In this document: in pieces, positions 1 through 12,625 of the stretch | Position numbering within the stretch: the stretch's first letter is position 1 | Layout of the letters: each line of letters starts with the position of its first letter | From: Octopus vulgaris | Taxonomy: Eukaryota | Assembly: GCA_951406725.2 (NCBI GenBank) | Contig: OX597831.1 | Location: 26,102,001 to 26,166,000, forward strand | DNA: 64,000 bases | Reading direction: 5' to 3' | The notes under the pieces: generated by a model | Told to the model about the DNA's origin: nothing | Seen by the model: the letters and a program-made list of their open reading frames with translations, nothing else | The model's database searches: none | Made by a program: the position numbers and the translations under genes

Positions 1-416
1 TTTCTAAGTGTGAGTTAACTAAAAACAATAGCTCACAGTTCTGTTATTTTACTTTTTTGTTGTTAGGTTATTGTTATTTTTTTTTTTTTTTACTAATATG
101 TATGCCTCTGTAGAAATGTTATTTTATGCTGGTTGTTTTTTTTTAATTCCAAAGTGGGGATTTTTTTGTCATATTTATTTAGTTTATTTTGTTTCTTCTT
201 TAATTCCTCTTCCATTTACTCTCTATGTTTTGTTCTTTTTTTGTTTTGTTTTTTTTTCATTAGTTTTAAAACTACTGGAAAAGAAAAAAATATAGATAGG
301 TAGGCAGATTAAGCAAATATAAAAAATAACAGACACTGAGAACTAGTAAAAGATAGAGAGATAGATGTTAATCTTACTGAATATGTATTTACTGATCAAG
401 TTTAATCTAAGGTAAC

Positions 417-417
<1 letters not shown>

Positions 418-454
<37 letters not shown>

Positions 455-751
455 GTGTAAGAGAGAGAGAGAGAGAGCAAGAATATATAAGAGAGAGAAA
501 AATTGTGTGTAAGTGAGAGAGAGAGCAAGAGAGTGTGTATAAGTGAGAGAGGGAGCATATAAGAGAGAGAGATACTATAATAGAGAGAGAGAGACAGTAA
601 TAAGGACTTATGAGAGAGAGAGAGAGAGAGATACTGTAAGAGAGAGAGAGAGAAACAGTAAGAGAGAGAGACTGTGTGTGTGTGAGAGAGAGAGAAAGAA
701 AGTGATACACACTCACACACATGTAGTTAGTAAGACACACACACACACACA
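418..751. repeat. Compound (AG)n/(CA)n microsatellite
   Basis: Interrupted AG runs ending in CA repeats; source of the SL/RE-rich ORFs. Confidence 0.95.
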
Positions 752-1188
752 AATAGAAATAAAATTAACATAACTACAAAATAAGAGGATGATCAATCTA
801 TAAAAAAAACACAAACTTCAATACAATAAAAATAAAAACATCAAGCTGCAGTTGTCTTTTTATCTTAGTTTTTGAGACTATTTCAATTCGAAAGTTGAAA
901 TGTAAGAGGATACTTATAAATAAAGGAGCTAAAATATCCAAGACTCATTTATGTTCACATTTCCAACTGGACAAATCTACAATTCGGACTCACTTATAAA
1001 ACTCATAATTAGGTCTAAATTTCTTCTGACCTGATCTTATAATCTGCAATTCTTGACATTCACAGTTCTCTGGTCTGAAACTAAAATCTGAAATCCAGAC
1101 TCGCTAATCTCTTAATCTCTTTAAGTCAAACTTCAGAATCAGACTGGCTTACTTTTTCGTTTCTTCCGGCCACCAGAGTAAGGACAGT

Positions 1189-1243
1189 ATGCACACAAAT
1201 GTGCAAGCTCACGTTGCAGTTGAATCCGCTCATAAAAAATACG
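1189..1243 (+). CDS. Weak candidate alternative first coding exon (MHTNVQAHVAVESAHKKY, phase 1)
   Basis: ATG at 1189 in unique CpG-containing sequence; 18 codons + 1 nt, then weak donor G|GTATTT at 1244; no homology recognised. Confidence 0.2.
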
Positions 1244-1718
1244 GTATTTTCATTTCAAATTTGACTCATTTTAACAATTTTTATGTTATAAAGTTTGTTC
1301 CTGTGTTTCTTAATGAATCGTTCATTGACAGACTTTCTTTTTTTTTTCTTTTTGCCCGTCTTGCTTCATATATTTCATATGTGTATAGACAAATAGATGT
1401 GCTTTTCTTATTTTCATATTTATAACAGATGTGTAGAAATAGGTCCATGAGGAGGTGTTGGTTCTTATATATATATATATATATATATAATATAGTTCAA
1501 TTAAAGGTTAAAAACCTCCTTAAGGGATAATAATATCTGATGAATTTACAAGTTTATTACCTATTATTTATTTTGAATATTTGATTTAATATTCAAAAAT
1601 AAGGTAATAATTAGAGATTATGTCTAGTCTTGTAATTAATATATATAATTATTAATTGATTTATCACTGTTTTCTTATTTTTCTTATATATATGTATACA
1701 TGTATATACATAAATGTG

Positions 1719-1760
<42 letters not shown>

Positions 1761-2974
1761 TTAATTAATGCTTATCTTTATGTCAAGTTATATGTAATAT
1801 AAAAATCAACTTAATCACACACACACATATATATATATATATACACGCACACATGCACACACCTCTCACACACATATATAAATATACTGAAATACCACAT
1901 AGGAGTACAAACCATCAATCAACAGGTAATATTAATTTTTATAACCAGCATTATTTTGTGTTTAACAAATTAGTAAAAACATAACATATATATCAGACAA
2001 TGTTTCATGCAAACTATACCACCCTGTGTCACCTTATATATATATATATATATATATTCATATATATGCTTATATATATTCATATATATTCATATATATA
2101 TGGGTATGTTTATGAGAGATTGTATGTGCATTTGTGTGGTGCACATGATGTGTAAAGTTCGTATAACATTGTCATTTTATTTCAGTCCATATATATTTGA
2201 TTTGCATTTCGTATATACAAAAAAAAAAAAAAATAAATAAAACAGAATTTGTACCTAATTTGGCATATAAGCAGAGGAGTAAACATTTATAAGGAAATGA
2301 GAAATAGGATTGCATGATCTTAAGTGATTTTCATAAAGCCAACAGCAAAATAAATTAAGTGAAAAAACTCTAACTAGGAATCATACTAATTCAACATAAA
2401 AGAAGTTTCAGAAACTTTCTCTACACTTTTACTTTTGTTTTATGTTTGTTTTTTTGTTATTTTCTACTTAATTTGTTTTAGGCATGTAAATAATATTGAG
2501 CAAAATCACATTTAATTTCTTCATTGAGTATTCCCAATCCATACAACTTTCTCAACATTCACACACACATACACACATCATGTGAGACCCCTAACTTAGC
2601 AATTTGGCAAAAGACACCAATAGTTCTTCCATTGGCCAGCTTCTGTCAAAACCATCTAATACATGACTGCATGGAAAATGGACATTATATGATAATGATG
2701 ATACATGTATGAGTATATATATATTTTTATTTTTGATCAATATATACATGTGTGTGTATGTATGTATGTATATATATATATATATGAATATTGAAAAAAT
2801 GGAATAAGAACATAACGGACGACAATAAAACATACAGACAGATAGACGACACAAAGACAGACAGGACAGATCATTCATGACCCCTCTATTCATCAGTCAC
2901 ACACCGCATGTGTGTGTGTGTGTGTATTTGTATAACATAATATATCAATATATATGTAAATTTTTAGATATATA

Positions 2975-3357
2975 GGTGCAGGCATGGCTGTGTGGTAAGA
3001 AGCTTGCTTCCCAACCACATGGTTTTGAGTTCAGTCCCACTGCATAGCACCTTGGGCAAGTGTCTTCTATTATAGCCTTCAGCTGATCAAAGCCTTGTAA
3101 GTGGATTTGGTAAACGGAAAATTAAAGAAGTCCATCGTATATATATATAGTGTGTGTGTGTGTCTTTGTGTTGGTGTTTGTTCCCCCACCATCACTTGAC
3201 AATTGATGTTGGTATGTTTACATTGCCGTAACTTAGCAATTTGGCAAAAGAGTCCGATAGTGTAAGTACTAGGGCTACAATTTCTTCAACTAAAAACCCT
3301 TTAAGACCGTGCTCCAGCATGGCCATAGTCAAATAACTGAAACAAAAGTAAAAGAAT
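2975..3357 (+). mobile_element. SINE family A (tRNA-like head, CORE-like ACCTTGGGCAAGT), full length
   Basis: Head GGCATGGCTGTGTGGTAAG...GAGTTCAGTCCC, internal TA/TG tract, tail CCAGCATGGCC...CTGAAAC; many copies in window. Confidence 0.9.
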
Positions 3358-3498
3358 ATACACAAAAAAAAAGATTTAAAAATTTTATAAGACTGAATTA
3401 TCACAGCTGTCTAATGAATTTCGGTGGCATGAAACTTTGAGTAATAGTTTATGAAGTTTGTTTTGGCTTCTATAAAACAAAGCGTACTTGTGTGTGTA

Positions 3499-3541
<43 letters not shown>

Positions 3542-3729
3542 GTGTGTACATGCATGCATGCATTAATATAAAAGTTGTAAAGTATATAAAAATATTTATG
3601 TACTGCAGACATTATGGTATAAATCTCAAAATGTTGAGAAGAATGTTTATATATTTGTATAAATACATGTGTATACACATGTTAGTGTTTGAGTCTTTCT
3701 CTCTCTCTCCATATATATATATATACATA

Positions 3730-4104
3730 CGAGCAAAACGCCCCCCCCCCCCCCCCGTCCAATGGACGGTGCTGAGTTGTCAAACATTTAAACCAAATTT
3801 TCTCAAAACAACTTGTCCGACTGTCCCATAGGCCTCCCCTTTGAGAAACACTGGTTTAACCTATAATTGAGACGCCAACAAAAGACGGATTTCGACTGAT
3901 GTACTTGCGCATACAAATGCACGTTCCCACGGCTTTATCGATCGCATTCTCACCTGGAATCAATTTTTGTAATTTTTTCAAGATTTATACACGCCCTGAT
4001 ACTGTCGGTATCTACATAACAAATTTGATTACAATCGGATGGAGGATGCCTGAGATTCCAGAAGACACACACACAGACAGACAGAATGGATTTTATATAA
4101 TAGA
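3730..4104 (-). mobile_element. Non-autonomous Helitron-like element, degenerate, with a hAT-like end fragment near 3841-3853
   Basis: AAATTTGATTACAATCGG...CAGACAGACAGA...TTTTATATAATAGAT end, same architecture as 40529-40921. Confidence 0.45.
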
Positions 4105-4289
4105 TACATATATATATATAATAAATATACACACTCATATATGTATATCTATATTTACATATCTATATGTGTGTAAATACACATATATTTGAGTATATAA
4201 ATGTGTGTGTATATATACTTATATACACATATACATTTACACACAATTATATGTATATATATCTAAATGTCTATATATTTTTTGTTTTG

Positions 4290-4531
4290 GGAGTTGGTGC
4301 TGCATAAAAAGCATGTGTACCTGTTCCACAAAGACACATCTGTGCCAGTGCTGTGTAAAAGTACCAAGTACACTCTGTAAAGAGGTTGGTACTAGGAAGG
4401 GCATCCAGCTGTAGAAAGAAACCATGCCAAAAGAGACTTTGAGCCTGGGCAGCTAATCTGTTGGCCAGTTTCTGTCAAAACCATCCAACACATGCCAGCA
4501 TGGAAAATGGACATTATATGATGATGATGAT
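4290..4531 (+). mobile_element. SINE-like family B with (GAT)n tail
   Basis: GGAAGGGCATCCAGCTGTAGAAA...CATGGAAAATGGACATT then GAT repeats. Confidence 0.8.
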
Positions 4532-4757
4532 ACATGTATGAGTATATAGATGTGTGTTAATAATATTTATTTTTATTTTTGGTCAATATATACATGTGTG
4601 TGTGTGTGTGTGTGTGTATACACATGCTGACATAGAACCAACGTTGAACCCTTTATTCGCAATATTACCAAATCTGGTAACTATGGTCTGTCTATAGCAC
4701 TTATTCAGCATTACCTGACACGTTTGTGCCTCAATGACACCATTATCTCTTATAACC

Positions 4758-4784
<27 letters not shown>

Positions 4785-4788
<4 letters not shown>

Positions 4789-5060
4789 CGAAAAAATGGA
4801 ATAAGAATGTAACGGATGACAACAAAAGCATACAGACAGATAGACGATACAAAGACAGACAGGACAGGTCATTCGTGACCCCTCTATTCTTCAGTCAAGC
4901 TTACAATTATCATTACGGTTTCCATCTATTACACTTGAGACTGTTAGAAATTGGTAGGCCCCAAAAATCTAAGCTAAGAGCCTTAAATTTTTTGAAGAAA
5001 GCATGCGAATGTGTACAACAACACAGACAAAAAAAATGAGAAAACGAAGAAAATGTTACA
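4785..5060. repeat. Unclassified interspersed repeat (partial copy at 2790-2899; related inverted copy at 39560-39750)
   Basis: Shared CTAAGCTAAGAGC/GCTCTTAGCTTAG and CTTGAGA/TCTCAAG blocks. Confidence 0.6.
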
Positions 5061-5394
5061 TGAATACAAATAGATTCCACATCTACCATCTCCACACTCT
5101 TTTACAAAGAATTCGGTTTTAGTTTCTGATGAGAATTTCGCTCTAGTTAGTTGTTTCTTCAGGTTTTTGTCTTGTCATTTACTGTTTTTTATGCAGTATT
5201 TGTTTAATATGTTTCCCATTTTGGGGCTTTGTAGGACTATTGGTAGGTTTGAATGTATGTTTCAAATCATATTGAATCACTAATGGACACACTCCAGTCT
5301 CTGGCCCACATGCATGCTGTTTCTTCTCTGTGTCACTTCTCCCTGTCTTTTCTATCACTACCAAAATAACATCTGCTCCTCAGCATTGGCTGGT

Positions 5395-5645
5395 GGAGGC
5401 ACAGGGCTTAGTGGTTAGGGTGTTGGACTTATGATCGTAAGATTGGGATTTCATTTCATGGACCAGGTGACACATGGTTTTTGAGCAAAATACATCATTT
5501 CACATTGCTCCAATCCACTCAGCTGGCAAAAATGAGTAATTCTGTGATGGACCAGCGTCCCATCCAGGTGATGAATATATATGCCACAGAAACCAGGAAA
5601 TAGGCCCTTGTGAGTCAGCACGACTCGAAAAGGTAACTTTGCCCT
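5395..5645 (+). mobile_element. SINE family D (tRNA-like head, CORE-like TTGAGCAAAA...CCACTCAGCTGGCAAAAATGAG)
   Basis: A-box-like GGCTTAGTGG head; similar to 32443, 48965 and 60075 copies. Confidence 0.75.
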
Positions 5646-5659
5646 CACTTATTGGCTGG

Positions 5660-5870
5660 TTTTGTACCTCCACTATTTACACAACCTTCACTCACTTGTT
5701 TGTCCATCACTTGTCATTCTTGTTGCATCATAGCTCCTGGGCCCTATTCTATCCATTATGACCAGTCCTTTCTTCCGAGAACTTTGGCCCTCTTGAACCT
5801 TCTCCTTTTTCATGTCTTTTTATTCAGATGTTGATCTACAACAGTTTAGATGGTACATTAATGGCATCAA
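5660..5870 (+). mobile_element. Decayed CR1/L2-group LINE ORF2 3' end
   Basis: Translation HYDQSFLPRTLALLNLL...DLQQFR resembles the SFFPRT..LWN.LP..VF....L..FK C-terminus. Confidence 0.45.
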
Positions 5871-8438
5871 ACCCATGAGTCTTGAAGGGCCTGCAAAGAC
5901 CATAATCACCGACTCTTCCATCAGACTAAACAAAAGGACAAAAAAAAATGATAAAATGGAAGGCAAAGTTGACCTTGGCAAGATTTCAACTGAGAATGAG
6001 AATGTAATAATAATTTAAATAATTTCTAATTTAGGCACGAACCCAGAAGTAACACCTGTTTCTGATTTAAATACAAGAACAACAATTTTGATGTAAGAAA
6101 ATTAGTCTATACCATAACTAAGTACCACAAGGCATTTGTCTGATGTTCCAATAATTCCGCCAGTTTCTCACAAAACCAGAAATTTGGTGGTGTTGGAGGA
6201 ACAGTCAACCATTGTATTACACTGGTACTTTATTTCATCATCTAAGAAGATAGCTAAGCTGACCCTGGCAAAATTTGAACTTGTGATATAAAAGTATATG
6301 ACTAAATACTCCACAGCATTTTGTCTGAAGCTCCACCCACCTTCGCATCCACCACCCACTTTTAATAGCAATAATAACATCAATAACAATCCTTTCTTCA
6401 TTTGCCACAGTAGCCCATTACAAAAAGGATTACAAAACATGTTAGATGTATCTGTAAATGTGTTAGGTGGGAGTAGGACATAAATTTAATTGAAACGGGT
6501 CAATTAAATTTTTAAAAAAACAATGTCAAGCTACTCACTGACATGGATGAGAAACGATCACCAAGATAAGATCAGAAAACCACACCAACTCTGACCACCT
6601 TTCACTGTGATCACTATAATCTCTGAAATTGCCCATGAATGTTCTGGCTTTAACTGAGCTGTGAAAAGTCCCAAACTTCATGGACAGAGATGCCATAGCT
6701 GTCAAGAGACTGCCTTCTACCCTGTAGGGTATTGACCCTCCAGCTTCTCAATCTGGACAGTACTTGTTTTGTCCTCTTTTAGATTCAGTATAAAATCAAA
6801 TTGGCTGCAGTTTATGTTTAAATTACCATCAAATTCAAGTATTCCAGGAGAGCAGGGTACCATTCTTTTTTTTTTTTTTTTTTTTTTGGTGAAAACATTC
6901 CAGCCTTTACTTTCAGTTCATTCAATTTTTTTCCCTCTTTCCTAACTTTCTTGCTTTCCCCTATGGTTTTCCAACCTTTTCCCTCTTTTTCCCTAGTAAA
7001 CCCAGGAAGTCACTATGGCGTGATTTCCAAAATCTGATATGTACACTTTATATGGCTTTTCCTTTGTGAAAGGCACAATAGGAGATTGAATATCTCTGTG
7101 AAAAATTTGTCATATTTTTTTTGTAATTTTTTAATTTGTCCTCTCTAGTAATACAGTGGCTCAACTAACTTTTTATAGTCTGTTAGTAGTGATTTTTCAG
7201 AACAAACTAAAGCTATTAACCTAAAACATAATACATTTTTATATTTTACGGGTTTTTTTTTTTATATTTTAGTGTTTCACATTATTAGCAATAAAAGCCA
7301 TATCTTGATCAGCAGCAAATTCTTTTTTATTCATGTTGTTATTGCTTGGTGGCACAGACCAACAGTTTTTTTGTTTTTTTAAGACAGCAAAATGCAATTT
7401 CACTTACATTGTTTTCTAGAAGTATTTTATATATTTCTTTTCATAGCTAACCCATTGACTGCAGTGTTGGAGCACCATTAAATACCTCACCATATTTAGT
7501 GACAATAAGGTTCAAGAGACAATATTTGGAAACAATTTCCCATTGCCTTTTTTTAATAGCTTCACAAACAATTTTAAGTTCTCAAGGGGATATCTTGATG
7601 GGGCTGATTTAGTTGATGATGAGCAAACCCAGCAGATTGGAGAGAAAATTTTTAATTAATGTTGACAGAGAGGTTTTGAAAGGTACGGTCTGAATGGAAA
7701 GACAGAAACAAGATGCTTTGTATAATGGAAAGAGACAGGGGTATCAAATGGGTGTGGGTGGTTGCACAATTCAAATGAGCTGTGACTTTGGTATTTGCAT
7801 GATAGGAGAAACAAAAGAATGACAGTGTCTGTGTTGGTTCACTGGTTGTAAAATAAATGTGGATGAGTAAAGGCTTGCCTATTAGTACCAGCACTTGTAA
7901 ACAAGTTATTCTAAAGTACAGACTCAATAAATGCAAGCAAAAGACTACACTGCTATAACAAAAAAAAAACAAAAAACCCCCGAAAAACAAAACAAAACAA
8001 GTGTTTTCTGACCTGCTTTTGTTGCCAAGATGTGGATAAATATAGTCAGTGGTGTATTTAAGAAGCCTTTCTTTGGGTTAATAAAATTTTCTTATAAATA
8101 TAGCTAAACTGACAGACCTTTTCACCAGGCATAATTTACTGGCTTGATTGTTATTCGTGATGTGATTGTAGACTGAATGTCTTAGTTGCTGCAGCAAAGG
8201 AGGCAATCTTAGGAATTCACATGAATTGGCTCACCTATCAAGTAAGACAGAGGGTATGGGAGTAGCAAGAGTTTTCTTTATTTTGTGTGAAATAATTAAA
8301 ATAATTGCTTTATCTTACTGTAAAGTACAAAACTATACAAGTCTGTTGAAATCAAAAGATCGATTTATTATTCAACCTAATTTCTGCAGGTTTCCTTCCC
8401 TTTTTTTATTCACTTTCATTGTTCCTTTTCTTTCTTAA

Positions 8439-8574
<136 letters not shown>

Positions 8575-8774
8575 CTCCTATATCTAAGATTTGATTTTAT
8601 ATTTATTTTCAATTTTTTTTATATATATATGTATTTTTTTTTTATTTTATTTTTTTTTTTCTAGACAGTCTGCCAAATATTTTACCTGAAAGGAAATTGA
8701 TTTATTCCCTTTGGATGGATATGCATGGCAAGATTGAGGAGATGTGAAAATGCTTGTGTATATGTGCATATCAG

Positions 8775-8813
<39 letters not shown>

Positions 8814-8975
8814 TAGCCATGTGTAAGACTGCTTACATAATTAACTACATATATATATACACATAGACATATTAGTAATAAATATTAGTTATAGATGTTT
8901 GACCACATGTTCACTTACACACATACACACACACTTTTTCTCTCAAGGAGAAATGGGTTGGTGAAATTGTGCATG

Positions 8976-9007
<32 letters not shown>

Positions 9008-9105
9008 CATACACATACACAACTATATATATATATATATATACAACTTTATGTGTCTGAATGTAATCTATATGTGCTTATGTATGTGTGTGTGTATTTG
9101 TGCAC

Positions 9106-9137
<32 letters not shown>

Positions 9138-9729
9138 GAGTGTATGTGTATGCATGTATTATCATGTAAGTATATATAAATACACAAACATATTTTGTGC
9201 ATGTATGTATAGACATATATACAAATATATGTGCATGCACACACACACACTTACACATGTCAACAATTACTTTGCTACAAAAATCATTATCGATCCTATT
9301 GATTTAATCTATTTTGAAAATTTTTCTCTTTTTACTTTCGGACAACTAAGACTCAAATGAACTTTAGTCAAACATCAGTAGAAATGAAGGGGGAAACCTA
9401 TTCTTTTATTATTTTCTAACAGGAATTCAGTTATCACTCTCCCCAACTGAGGAATAGTCTGAAATTATAGTTTTTACTCTCATTTCATGTTTTACTGTTT
9501 CATATATATACACATATATATATATACAAGCATATTTATTATATTTATATACATATATACACTTTCTGTCTCTCACTTTCTCTTTCGCACACACATACCC
9601 GTCTCTGTTATATAGCCTATGTAACTATGTCTGCTTAAGTTATTCTCTGAACTTTCTACATTGGGATTTCATTCACACACTGATGGCAGTGGAAGCAATC
9701 TGCTCACTATGAATAGATACATATCATCA

Positions 9730-9790
9730 TGTCAGATTGACAGACGAAGCTGAACCAATAAGCTTTGGGATGCCAATTCGCTAATTGGCT
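9730..9790 (+). promoter_or_regulatory. Candidate promoter motif cluster upstream of the 10040 exon
   Basis: TGTCA-gat-TGACA palindrome (9730-9742), CCAAT at 9755 and 9773, ATTGG at 9784, in non-repeat sequence. Confidence 0.35.
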
Positions 9791-10039
9791 TGGCAATAGC
9801 AAATAATAGCCATCAAAGGAAAATTATAGATGTATATAGACAGGAGGAAAGAAGGAAAAATACTACAAAGCAAATTAAAAACAAAAAAAAATACAAAAGA
9901 TAGCCAACCAACTGGACAGATAGACATAATTATCGAAAAACTTTTCAAGAAAAAAAAACAGAAAAAAACAACATCAAAAGTAGATATAAGTCAGAATGAA
10001 AAGTTTAGTGAGAGCAAAAAAGTGAAAACACTGATTAAG

Positions 10040-10181
10040 ATGGAGGTGCTTGGTGTGAAAGACCTTTTAAATCCTAAATTGAGGAAAGATATTAAAAGAA
10101 AAATTAGTCATTGGATACAATCTTTATGCTTTCGAAAGTTCCAAGATCCATGCCGTGATTCTAATTCTGCAATATCCAGCC
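10040..10181 (+). CDS. Candidate first coding exon MEVLGVKDLLNPKLRKDIKRKISHWIQSLCFRKFQDPCRDSNSAISS (phase 1)
   Basis: AAGATGG Kozak context; 47 codons + 1 nt of complex sequence; consensus donor GTAAGT at 10182; A-rich leader; family not recognised. Confidence 0.5.
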
Positions 10182-10943
10182 GTAAGTTTTCACACAAGAT
10201 GCATATATCTCAGTTCTGTCTTGTTTTTAATATGTTCGTTTGTTTGTTTTGATTTTTAGAAACCAAATGTGATATCGTACTGCTCGTTAACATCCATTTC
10301 AAATATGTCATAATTAAAATGTTAGTTTGTTTTATCTCATTGTATATTTAAAAAAATTTTATTCCAATAATTATCTAATTACATTCAGTGAATATTGCTT
10401 TATTGCACTGTTGCAGGAGAAAGAAAAGGGTGGGGGAAAATATTGTTTTTATTAATTTTAATCCAGTCTGATGATACTTTTAAAGGAATTTACTGAACTA
10501 AATCATAGAATAAGCTGATTAAATTCCACCACCACCATCATTTTTTTAATTAAATTATAACATCAATTTCTAAACATAAATATTTCTAGAATTCTGTTTC
10601 TATTTCTAAGTAATAATTAATTAATTACATGCAATGACCCCACCATCACCACTTATTTCATCACCACCACCACCATCAGCATCTCACTATGTTTATCTTT
10701 ATTGACATGGTTGAATTGGTCTCCATCATGACATATTACACCCATCTCTTTATTATATATTTTCACATAATGACATTTAATTTCACCCCTCATTGGTACT
10801 TCCTACACTTGATATATGGAATGGTTTCCATGAGCACATGTCATCAACTTGAATCACATGTCATAGCAAGCAGTTGTCTCTCCTGCATACTTTAGTTGAT
10901 GTCTTTAATGCACAGATTCTGTCTCAATTTCTTTCCACATCGA

Positions 10944-10979
<36 letters not shown>

Positions 10980-10994
10980 ATTTATATATATGTA

Positions 10995-11164
10995 TTGCAG
11001 ATATGGCTGTGTGGTAAGAAAATTGGTTCCCAACCACATGCTTCCAGGTTCAGTCCCACTGTGTGGCACTTTGGGCAAGGTCTTCTACTATTGCCTCAGG
11101 CTGACCAAAGCCTTATGAGTGGATTTGGTAGGCGGAAACTGAAAGAAGCCCGTAATGTGTGTAT

Positions 11165-11202
<38 letters not shown>

Positions 11203-11390
11203 TTGTCCCGCCCCCACCATTGCTTGGAAACTGATGCTGGTGTGTTTATATCCTTGTAACTTAGCAGTTCAGCAAAAGAGAATGACAGAATAAATACATC
11301 CAGGGGTCAATTCATTTGATTAAAATCCCTTCAAGGTGATGCTCCAGCATGGCCACAGTCAAATGCCTGAAACGAGTAAAAGAATAAAAG
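10995..11390 (+). mobile_element. SINE family A, near full length, followed by (GATA)n
   Basis: Colinear with the 13728 copy. Confidence 0.9.
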
Positions 11391-11994
11391 GATAGATAGA
11401 TAGATAGACAGATAGATCGATAGATAGATAGATAGATAGATAGATAGACAGATAAATAGATAGACAGACAGACAGACATGCCATACTCAATCTGTTTCCA
11501 ACCTTTCCATCTCTTCTGTTCACAGATTTCCATAACATTTTGTTACTCCTGTCTCTAATGGTCTCCCATACTCCTATAAATGTGTGTTCGGGTCTTTTGG
11601 AGATGTTTGTATTTTGTGAAACATGTATATTATGTTGTTACACGCTGCTTAAAACCTGTTATAGTTTTATTTATCTTGTTCTACACGTACAGCAATGAAT
11701 CTTGTTGTTGCTTTGGAAACTGCAAGTTAAATTCTGCTTAACATTTTGCAAGTTTATTTTGCATTTACTTCTTATATTCTATAGATTCAGTATTGAATAG
11801 AATTCTTTCACACCTTGGATTTACAGGAGGAATTTGTTGTCATTTATTTAACATTAGTGATTCATAATAACTTGAATAAATATGTAAATATTCATTATCA
11901 GATTGACTTTGCATTTTCTTTAAACCATGTATCAGTAAGCAGATAGGCTAGCATCTTTTACACTCTAACCTAAATGACACCATTACAATTATTT

Positions 11995-12012
11995 TCATTA
12001 TTATTATTATCA

Positions 12013-12045
<33 letters not shown>

Positions 12046-12125
12046 CTTCTTTCTTCAAATTTTCTTCCGTTTCTTGCTGAGTGTTTTCCATACTCCTAGG
12101 GCAGAGAAGCTCATTGTTGTTGTTG

Positions 12126-12181
<56 letters not shown>

Positions 12182-12544
12182 GTTATTATCATTATTGTTA
12201 TTATCATTATTATTTGTCTTGCAAACAACTTGCACATGCAAGTGCTACCAGTCAAAAACTCCACATACCAGAAGCCAGCAAGTGTATGGGGTCATCAGGA
12301 GAGAATGCGCACCATTTTGGGACCTACCTCTCGACGGCATCAATGTGCACCCCACCCCCCCCCTCACTGATATGAGACCCCGCTTGTTAGATCAACTGTT
12401 TATCAAATAAAGCTCAATATTCTTCTTGCCATTGCTCATTGTCGCTTTTTAACCAAATCCAGTGGCTAGCCTTCTCCACTGTAGTTTGGATATCAGTCAT
12501 GGTGGTATTGACTTTACAATAAGTTAGGACTAATGATAACAACA

Positions 12545-12624
<80 letters not shown>
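11995..12624. repeat. (ATT)n tracts interrupted by inserted fragments
   Basis: ATT runs at about 11995-12043, 12131-12212 and 12546-12624. Confidence 0.9.
12213..12543 (-). mobile_element. 3' end of a Hero-like (REL-endonuclease) non-LTR retrotransposon
   Basis: Minus strand reads TTMTDIQTTVEKASHWIWLKSDNEQWQEEY*, like the Hero C-terminal AEKASxWLWxKR motif; second copy at 42478-42897. Confidence 0.65.

Positions 12625-12625
<1 letters not shown>

Noticed and set aside
4880-4940. Minus-strand GAAA...CUGAAGA as a type II hammerhead
   Set aside because: Required stems do not pair, and the related copy near 39700 has CTAAGGA
8221-8256. ATG frame MNWLTYQVRQR near GTAAGA/GTATGG donors
   Set aside because: Very short, phase 0, no further support
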